Origin: Methanobacteriota archaeon
Lineage (GTDB): Archaea > Thermoplasmatota > E2 > DHVEG-1
Assembly: GCA_026394435.1 (NCBI GenBank)
Contig: JAPKYG010000119.1
Span: forward strand, 1 to 36,722
Reading direction: 5' to 3'
DNA: 36,722 nucleotides
Part shown: positions 1 to 5,775 of the stretch, one piece after another
Layout of the letters: each line of letters starts with the position of its first letter
Position numbering within the stretch: position 1 is the first letter of the stretch
Translations under genes and position numbers: made by a program
The notes under the pieces: generated by a model
What the model was told of the DNA's origin: nothing
The model's database searches: none
The model's input: only the letters and a program-made list of their open reading frames with translations

Positions 1-24
1 AAAAAGATTTTCGCGTATCCCTCT

Positions 25-411
25 CTACTTTAATTCAAGAACACCTTTCACAAAGTCGATGTGAAGATCGCAATCCCTCAGAAAACTCAATCCTATTAAA
101 CCATCAACACGGCTGGTCTCAGGAAGATCATGAACCATCACCTGGCAACGTCGCACCGTTCTTTTAACCACGGTCATGGACTCAACAGTTATCAATGGAG
201 TATGAATCTGACCGTTTGCAGTGTTCACTGCAACAAGCGTTTTAGAGAATGCAGGTGTGTACCCGAGCTCTTCAGCGACATGCCACGGAATCATACAATA
301 GGTCGCACCAGTATCAAGCACCATTTTCAATCGGCGTTTCACGCTCCCATGGGTAACAGTCACGAAAAGAACGATACCAAAGTCCTGGGGATTGAACGGT
401 ATTTTTACCAT
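25..411 (-). CDS. Retropepsin-like (clan AA) aspartic protease, single-domain
   Basis: The translated ORF contains the catalytic motif LDTGAT (D-T-G-A). Its C-terminal GLIGLSFL...IDF resembles bacterial/archaeal retropepsin-like Asp_protease_2 proteins. The track start at 438 is a TTG. The in-frame ATG at 411-409 (MVKIPFNPQ...) overlaps the stop of the upstream gene by 7 nt, as in an operon. Confidence 0.75.
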   Translation of the reverse strand: MVKIPFNPQDFGIVLFVTVTHGSVKRRLKMVLDTGATYCMIPWHVAEELGYTPAFSKTLVAVNTANGQIHTPLITVESMTVVKRTVRRCQVMVHDLPETSRVDGLIGLSFLRDCDLHIDFVKGVLELK

Positions 412-662
412 CGTCTCATGATCCCAGCGGAGAAACAAAACGCATATCCTTTCTTTGGAATTTTCCCGGAATAAAAGAGAGCAAGGTCTGCTTTCAGTTT
501 CTTTGATTTTTTAACAACATTCTCTTTCACGGGATTATGTTCGAGGAGGTTCCCCTCAACAGGATTGCCATACCTATCCTCTTTTGTCACCTCGACAAGG
601 AGCCATTCCTCAGAATATCGTTTTTCTAAATCCTTTATGCGTTCTGCCATATTTTTCTCCAT
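405..662 (-). CDS. Small hypothetical protein, partner of the retropepsin-like protease (DUF5678-like by recollection, unverified)
   Basis: 85-aa ORF with an ATG start (an alternative ATG is at 650). It is translationally coupled to the protease gene. A TATA-like gtttaaatag lies on the minus strand at 690-681, about 24 nt upstream of the ATG. The pattern EEWLLVEV...G..VEG...H.....VVKKSKKLK...LFYSGKIP resembles small proteins I recall being paired with these proteases. Confidence 0.6.
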   Translation of the reverse strand: MEKNMAERIKDLEKRYSEEWLLVEVTKEDRYGNPVEGNLLEHNPVKENVVKKSKKLKADLALFYSGKIPKKGYAFCFSAGIMRRW

Positions 663-850
663 CTATCAAAGCTATTATCCCTATTTAAACAATACGATAT
701 GGTATTTCTGCGACAACGATTTGTTCCTTGTAATCAAATAATGTTTAACCTTTCAAATACTCGCAGGTTAAGAAAAACAGGTGCAATTATGCACATAAAA
801 ATCCTTTCATTTATACTCAATCTAGATCTTCCTTTTTACGCCCAATTTGA

Positions 851-1090
851 GAACCCGTCGATGATACTATGCGTAGTAATCAACCCCGCTCCCAACTCGG
901 AAACCTCGCAAATCCCAAAGTTGTCACCAAACAACCACCTCGTCGACCATGAAAACTACCACTTCATCAATCCAGAAAAATCAGGAGAAAAACATTTCCC
1001 ACCTTCGTCACCTTCGCATTTCCCAAGTTCGTCACCTGATTCTTTTCCTATATATGTCACCTGATGTTTCCCGAATTTATCATCTGATCG
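851..1090 (+). repeat. Intercassette repeat element, copy A (with four tandem ~24 nt sub-repeats at 993-1090)
   Basis: Shares GAACCCGTCGAT..ATGCGTAGTAAYCAAC, AAACCTCNCAAATCCCAAA, CTCGTCGAYCATSAAAAC and AAYCAGGAGAAAAA blocks with copy C (2914-3220). It also shares about 100 nt at roughly 90% identity with copy D (for example 993-1037 versus 4319-4363, 41/45 identical by hand alignment). Confidence 0.85.
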
Positions 1091-1211
1091 ACGTCCAAAA
1101 GACAAGACGCGACTGCTTTCCAAAACGGGGATCTCTAACGCTCTTATTTTATACCCTTATTGACGAGGTCAGTTATTTGTACAAAGTCGTAAACTTTATG
1201 TAGACAAGAAA

Positions 1212-1223
1212 CGTATAAAGTAT
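1212..1223 (+). promoter_or_regulatory. Putative archaeal TATA box for the PIN cassette (leaderless mRNA)
   Basis: cgtataaagtat is centred about 23 nt upstream of the ATG at 1240. There is no Shine-Dalgarno sequence in between. Confidence 0.35.
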
Positions 1224-1239
1224 TGTAGGAAGGCCATAT

Positions 1240-1713
1240 ATGGCAATAAAAACAAAAATCTATGTCGATACCTCAGTAATTGGTGGAATATTCGATAGCG
1301 AATTTGACACATGGTCAAAGATATTGTTTCAAGAATTTAAAAACGGACGGAAAATAGTTATTCTTTCAGATTTAACACTGAGAGAGATCGAAGACGCCCC
1401 GCACCATGTGAGAACAATACTTGAGGAAATACCAGATAAACATAAACAGTTCGTCATATTAAATGACGAAGCAAAAGAACTCGCCAGCCATTACCTTAAA
1501 GAGGGGGCGATAGCTAAAAAATATTTGATTGACGCGCAGCATATCGCAATCGCTACAGTATATCGCGTAGATGTCCTTGTTAGTTGGAATTTCAAACATA
1601 TCGTTAATTTGGAGAAAATTCGATTTTACAACTCTATTAATCTTAAATATGGATATCCAATGATAGAGATACGAAGCCCGCGGGAGGTGCTCCATGAAGA
1701 AGAAAGAGTTTGA
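1240..1713 (+). CDS. vapC: PIN-domain ribonuclease (VapC-like toxin)
   Basis: N-terminal IYVDTSVIGG carries the first acidic PIN residue. LREIED, IDAQHIAIAT and the C-terminal SWNFKHIV are spaced as expected for a PIN fold. 157 aa. Confidence 0.8.
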   Translation: MAIKTKIYVDTSVIGGIFDSEFDTWSKILFQEFKNGRKIVILSDLTLREIEDAPHHVRTILEEIPDKHKQFVILNDEAKELASHYLKEGAIAKKYLIDAQHIAIATVYRVDVLVSWNFKHIVNLEKIRFYNSINLKYGYPMIEIRSPREVLHEEERV

Positions 1714-1828
1714 TGCGGTTCTTATGATGCGGAGGATCCGGGAGAGTCTCAGTGCCACCTACACGAATCCCCGTGTTGAAGAAAAAGAACTAGAAGAAAT
1801 ACGGAAAAAATATGGCATTATCGTATAG
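1694..1828 (+). CDS. Mini-ORF (44 aa), possible cognate partner/antitoxin of the PIN protein
   Basis: This ORF is not in the ORF track because it is too short. The ATG at 1694 overlaps the PIN gene end by 20 nt. Hand translation gives MKKKEFDAVLMMRRIRESLSATYTNPRVEEKELEEIRKKYGIIV, with a stop at 1826-1828. It is a charged, helical-looking peptide in operon position. Confidence 0.45.
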   Translation: MKKKEFDAVLMMRRIRESLSATYTNPRVEEKELEEIRKKYGIIV

Positions 1829-1989
1829 TATCTAAGGCTATTTCAATGCGTTTCCCATCTGAAACAGTTTCACTGATAAGTATCCCCTGGGCAATATACT
1901 GATCTATCAACAACTGGAACGAAAAATCTCTCATCGCTCAGACCTTCTTTTCTTGTAGAACGACAACGAGAGCGTCACATCACACCATA

Positions 1990-2088
1990 GAACCCATCGA
2001 AATCCCACACACCCGACATTTCCCACAGTCGTCGCCTGCATCATTTCCCATATCCGTCATCTAACGTTCTTCCCAAAGTGGGTGTTTC
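1990..2088 (+). repeat. Intercassette repeat element, copy B (short variant)
   Basis: GAACCCATCGAAATCCCA joins the 5' and core blocks of the element. The tandem pair at 2017-2062 (CATTTCCCACAGTCGTCGCCTGCATCATTTCCCATATCCGTCATCT) matches 4400-4445 of copy D at about 83% by hand alignment. Confidence 0.8.
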
Positions 2089-2237
2089 AATTGTCTTCCT
2101 CTTTCAATCTGCGATCTTTTCCTATTGCATGACCATCGTTCGAATGCTGTGGTTTTATCGTTTAACAGAGCGGGTTTTTCCTCAGCAACACCCTCACAAG
2201 AGCAAAATTATTTAAACAACGACCATCCATACTTGTT

Positions 2238-2480
2238 GTGGTAAAAGATATGAGTGATTTAGAAATTAAGCTCCCAAAGATACTCGAAGGAGAAAAACCG
2301 AGACTTGAACAAAACATCAAGGATCTCGTAATATTTGAAGTGAAACGAAAGAAATTACTCGCGTTCATGGATGAGGTTATGAGAGGTACAAAACAACTTT
2401 CTGACCGCGACTTGGTCAAATTTGGCAGAGAACTCAAACAGGGTAGATTTAAGAAACTGAAGAAACAAGGGCTCGTCTAA
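2238..2480 (+). CDS. Small VapB-like antitoxin candidate (partner of the downstream PIN gene)
   Basis: 80-aa charged ORF ending 1 nt before the PIN start at 2482. A TATA-like ttatttaaac at 2208-2217 is centred about 25 nt upstream of the GTG at 2238. An alternative ATG is at 2250. Confidence 0.6.
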   Translation: MVKDMSDLEIKLPKILEGEKPRLEQNIKDLVIFEVKRKKLLAFMDEVMRGTKQLSDRDLVKFGRELKQGRFKKLKKQGLV

Positions 2481-2481
2481 A

Positions 2482-2891
2482 ATGAGAGTAGTCGTGAACA
2501 CCAACATCCTCTTTTCATTCTTCAATAAAAAATCCAAAGCCCGGGAATATGCTATACACTCCCTTCGTTAGAATTATATGCTCCGTCATTTGCGCTGGAC
2601 GAACTTGGAGAACATAAAGAAGAAATAATGGAAAAATTCTCCTTATCAACGATACAATTTTCTCTTATCATAAAGTTCTTACATACTGTTGTGAACTTTG
2701 TGAAAAACGAAGAATATGCATCGTTTCTTTCAGAAGCTAAAGAGGTATCACCGGATCCAGATGATATTGATTTCTTTGCGTTGTCATTCAAGCTCCATTG
2801 CATTCTTTGGTCGAATGATGTTGCTCTGAAGAAACAATCTCGCATAACAGTGGTTTCCACCAAAGAACTCGTTGAACAATATAGATGGTAA
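2482..2891 (+). pseudogene. vapC: PIN-domain toxin gene interrupted by a frameshift
   Basis: The ATG at 2482 gives MRVVVNTNILFSFFNKKSKAREYAIHSLR and then a TAG at 2569-2571. The -1 frame is open from 2529 and reads ...LELYAPSFALDELGEHKEEIMEKFSL...PDPDDIDFFALSFKLHCILWSNDVALKK... up to 2891. The two parts together make one normal PIN domain. The frames overlap in 2529-2568, which contains an A6 run (2527-2532) and a CCC run (2561-2563). Confidence 0.7.
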
Positions 2892-2892
2892 T

Positions 2893-2900
2893 TTTTTTTA
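2893..2900 (+). terminator. Oligo-T tract right after the PIN stop (archaeal-type terminator candidate)
   Basis: taa-ttttttttta: a run of eight T directly downstream of the stop at 2889-2891. Confidence 0.35.
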
Positions 2901-2913
2901 TACCCCACGTCGT

Positions 2914-3220
2914 GAACCCGTCGATAAAGATATGCGTAGTAACCAACAGCACCAGCACAGAGACCAACCAAATCAATAGAAAAACCAGGAAATTCACAAG
3001 TCGAAAACCTCACAAATCCCAAATCCGTTAACTGAAAATCGTCTCGTCGATCATCAAAACAATCACGGTAGTAACCAGTAAAAACCAGGAGAAAAATTGT
3101 TCTCATTTTCGGTGCTTTCCCGTTTCCCAAACCCGGTGCTTGATGTTTCCTCTGTTCATTCCTCGCTTCCTGAGGGAATTTCCCAAAGTCGTCACCTAAC
3201 CCCCCCTGTCCTCGTCACTT
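2914..3220 (+). repeat. Intercassette repeat element, copy C (expanded variant)
   Basis: Starts 23 nt after the PIN stop with GAACCCGTCGATAAAGATATGCGTAGTAACCAAC. It contains AAACCTCACAAATCCCAAAT (3005-3024), CGTCTCGTCGATCATCAAAAC (3039-3059) and AACCAGGAGAAAAA (3083-3096). It also has degenerate TTTCCC repeats at 3113-3176 and a clean core, AATTTCCCAAAGTCGTCACCT, at 3178-3198. Confidence 0.8.
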
Positions 3221-3467
3221 TTCAACTCTCATACATTATCACAAAATACCGTATTTATGATAATAAATTATCATAAAATTTTTCATGTGTGCTTCATCTG
3301 GGTTAAGCGCTCAAAATGTTTGGTGGCGAACTCTTGTATCGAAAAAAACAGAATCACCAGAACAATGATTTTAACATTCTAAAAACGAGACAAAACGAAG
3401 CATTCCTGTCACGAGTATGACTGGTCGTAGACTCACCCTCCGTCAATTTCTTATACTCGTTCTTGTA

Positions 3468-3479
3468 TTAATTTAAATA
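3468..3479 (+). promoter_or_regulatory. Putative TATA box of the MNT/HEPN operon
   Basis: ttaatttaaata is centred about 25 nt upstream of the ATG at 3500. It overlaps the upstream ATG at 3479, which argues for 3500 as the real, leaderless start. Confidence 0.4.
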
Positions 3480-3499
3480 TGCTCACCTCTGAAGCCATC

Positions 3500-3781
3500 A
3501 TGAAAACCCTAAATCAGCACCGTACAGAAATTCAACAATATGGAGTGAGACGAATCGGTTTATTTGGTTCATTCAGGACAAACAATCAACACCAAAAAAG
3601 TGATATCGACATCCTCGTTGAATTTAAAAGAGGAAAAAAAACATTTGACAACTATATGGAATTAAAATTTTTCTTAGAACGATCATTTCGTCGTCCTGTG
3701 GATCTCGTAGTTAAAGAAGCAGTAAAACTTGAATTAAAGCCCTCAATTTTAAAGAGTGTACGCTATGCCACGGGATTTTAA
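3500..3781 (+). CDS. mntA: MNT-type minimal nucleotidyltransferase (MntA-like antitoxin)
   Basis: GLFGSFRTN...SDIDILVEF matches the GS...DxD signature of the minimal nucleotidyltransferase fold. The track ORF begins at the ATG at 3479. I prefer 3500 because of the TATA position. Confidence 0.85.
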   Translation: MKTLNQHRTEIQQYGVRRIGLFGSFRTNNQHQKSDIDILVEFKRGKKTFDNYMELKFFLERSFRRPVDLVVKEAVKLELKPSILKSVRYATGF

Positions 3782-4109
3782 AGTATTTCTCAAAGATATC
3801 CTTCAGGCCATTGAAAGGATCGAAGAGTACACCAAGGATCTATCGTTTGAGGATTTTTATAAAAACCAGTTAGTTCAAGATGGTGTGGTACGAAATCTTG
3901 AAATCATTGGCGAAGCAGTCAAACACCTACCAAAAGATGTACAAAAGAAGCACCCTCACGTAGAATGGAAAAAAATTGCAGGCTTACGCGATATTTTAAT
4001 TCATGCGTATTTTGGAATTGATCATGATATCATATGGGATGTTGTAACGAACAAGATTCCTGAGTTAAAAGAACAGGTTTTACGGATTCTTTCAAAAAGG
4101 AAAAAATGA
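3765..4109 (+). CDS. hepT: HEPN-domain (DUF86/HepT-like) toxin
   Basis: RNLEIIGEAVKHLP contains the Rx4-6H HEPN motif. The size and the overlap with the MNT gene are typical of the MNT-HEPN pair. The ATG at 3765 (MPRDFKVFLKDI...) is preferred over the track GTG at 3756. Confidence 0.85.
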   Translation: MPRDFKVFLKDILQAIERIEEYTKDLSFEDFYKNQLVQDGVVRNLEIIGEAVKHLPKDVQKKHPHVEWKKIAGLRDILIHAYFGIDHDIIWDVVTNKIPELKEQVLRILSKRKK

Positions 4110-4227
4110 TACTGTCCTTATTTAGTAAATTAAACCTCTCAGAAAAAAGAAAAAAAATACACTATTCGCACGCAACACCGCGTTCAACGAAAGAATACAC
4201 ACACCATCACTAATCAAAAATCATACA

Positions 4228-4496
4228 AAACCCGCTAATTCCCAAAGTCGTCACCAAAAAAACCCTCAATGACCAGTAAAACCACAACCTCAGCAATCCA
4301 GAAAAACCAGGAGAAAAACATTTCCCACCTTCGTCGTCTAAGCATTTCCCAAGTTCGTCACCTAAAAACAGGTTCGTTGATATTCTGTCCTGGAGAGCGG
4401 ATTTCCCAAAGTCGTCGCCTGCGTCATTTCCCATATTTGGCACCTACCAGTTCCAATACTCAGCCCCCAACATTTTCCACTAGAGATGTCACCTCA
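4228..4496 (+). repeat. Intercassette repeat element, copy D (with at least 5 tandem core motifs)
   Basis: AAACCCGCTAATTCCCAAAGTCGTCACCA is followed by AATCCAGAAAAACCAGGAGAAAAA. Core motifs lie at 4319-4339, 4343-4363, 4400-4420 and 4425-4445, with a degenerate one at about 4472-4496. Confidence 0.85.
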
Positions 4497-4948
4497 ACAC
4501 GACAAGCAATGCAGACGAAAAAACAGAAAAACAATCTCAGAAAACAAGGATTCTTCATCTATGACTTAGAGGACTGGAAGTACAATAGAGAAACACCAAC
4601 ACAAAATTTAAAAAAAATGAGAATGAACTTTGATGAAAAAAAGAAGAAACGGCTACACGTCGTTCTCCCAACGTTAGGGCTGATCCCGATACGTATCAGA
4701 CATTTCTTTAATCTTCAGGAGGTGTCCATCCTTTGAAATTTTCACGACTACAACCATAAGTATTCTCCGTTACAGAAAACGTTTTTTTTTGGCATGATAC
4801 CAATACGTCGGTCATGAACCTATCAAACGCTTCCCTAATCATTATACCATACCATTCCCCCTTGGTCTCATTCAAACTCAACACCACTCAACGAAAGAAA
4901 ACACCCTTTCCATTACTTAACCTTTTTTCCAAAATGTGACCAAAACAG

Positions 4949-4956
4949 TTATATTT
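4949..4956 (+). promoter_or_regulatory. Putative TATA box of the abiE operon
   Basis: ttatattt is centred about 25 nt upstream of the ATG at 4978, with no SD sequence (leaderless pattern). Confidence 0.4.
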
Positions 4957-4977
4957 GTGAAAAAACATTAAGTAACT

Positions 4978-5775
4978 ATGTTCACATCAATGTCGAGCTT
5001 GGAGCAGCAACTCTATTTTACCCTTGGCGGAAAAAACCAGCGAGTATTCACCCTACAAGATATTATCGATATCCTGAATATTTCTCCACAGCATGCCCGT
5101 AATCTTGCATCAAAAATGATTAAAAAACAAGTAGCTGAACGAGTAAAACCAGGCCTTTTCGTCCGTATACCCGAATCAATAATTTTAGACAAACAACTCT
5201 ATAAAGAAGATGCAGTACTCATAGCAGCAAAATCGTTTGATAAAGCATTTCTTTCACACTATACCGCTCTTTCGTTCTATGGACTTGCAGAACGATATAC
5301 AACTCAAATATACGTGACTATACCACAACACCAACGCAACATCCTCTATCACGAGATCACCATCAAATTCATTCATGTGATACCTCACAGATTTTTTGGT
5401 ATAACAACAATGGAGTATTCCAATGAAAAGATTCCTATATCTGATCAAGAACGGACTATTCTTGACATCGTTAATAAACCAAAATATGCGGGAGGTTGGA
5501 CTGAAAGCATCACCTGCCTCCAAAATCTTGAACAGATAAACTGGAATAATCTTCTCTCACATATCAAAAGATTTGAGAACAAGGTACTCGCCCGTCGTAT
5601 CGGATATATCCTGGATAATCTGGAAAACATTTCATTTCCGGAAAAAATAAAAAACGAGATCAAAAAATACAGCGGAAACAATATTTACTATTTCGATTCA
5701 ACACGAAAAGGAGTCCTGAAACAAGAGTGGAACATCGTAGTGCCAAGAACAATAACAGAGGCGTTTCATGCTTAA
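4978..5775 (+). CDS. abiEi: AbiEi-family antitoxin/transcriptional regulator (type IV TA)
   Basis: The N-terminal wHTH-like segment is FTLQDIIDILNISPQHARNLASKMIKKQVAERVKPGLF. A roughly 170-aa C-terminal domain follows. The gene overlaps the downstream DUF1814 nucleotidyltransferase gene by 8 nt, which is the canonical AbiEi-AbiEii arrangement. Confidence 0.8.
   Translation: MFTSMSSLEQQLYFTLGGKNQRVFTLQDIIDILNISPQHARNLASKMIKKQVAERVKPGLFVRIPESIILDKQLYKEDAVLIAAKSFDKAFLSHYTALSFYGLAERYTTQIYVTIPQHQRNILYHEITIKFIHVIPHRFFGITTMEYSNEKIPISDQERTILDIVNKPKYAGGWTESITCLQNLEQINWNNLLSHIKRFENKVLARRIGYILDNLENISFPEKIKNEIKKYSGNNIYYFDSTRKGVLKQEWNIVVPRTITEAFHA

Noticed and set aside
699-1203. Track ORFs 699..1064 and 949..1203 (plus strand) across the first intercassette repeat
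   Set aside because: They lie entirely in the repeat element and have low-complexity, periodic translations caused by the 24-nt DNA repeat. They have no SD sequence or TATA box, and the equivalent frames are broken in copies B and C. Only the first roughly 30 codons of 949.. are conserved with copy D, which is reported separately as ambiguous.
2552-3130. 192-aa minus-strand ORF
   Set aside because: It is antisense to the C-terminal half of the PIN gene and then runs through repeat copy C. It has no recognisable domain and a low-complexity C-terminus. The plus-strand PIN reading has clear family motifs.
851-4496. Classical integron attC sites, a CRISPR array, or type III TA antitoxin RNA repeats as explanations for the intercassette repeats
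   Set aside because: For attC, I found no GTTRRRY / RYYYAAC core pair and no extended dyad symmetry by eye. This still needs a covariance-model scan, because attC is defined by structure. For CRISPR, the 24-nt units abut each other with no spacers, are degenerate, and no cas genes are present. For type III TA, tandem RNA repeats would be expected directly upstream of a ToxN/AbiQ-like gene, and none is present.
4210-4736. Track ORFs 4269..4736 (+) and 4210..4443 (-) across repeat copy D
   Set aside because: The reasoning is the same as for the copy A ORFs. On the minus strand the core motif reads AGGTGACGA-N3-TGGGAAATG, an SD-like hexamer plus an ATG. This creates pseudo-start sites and a GDE.GKC periodic peptide. 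I regard that as an artefact of the DNA repeat, not a gene.
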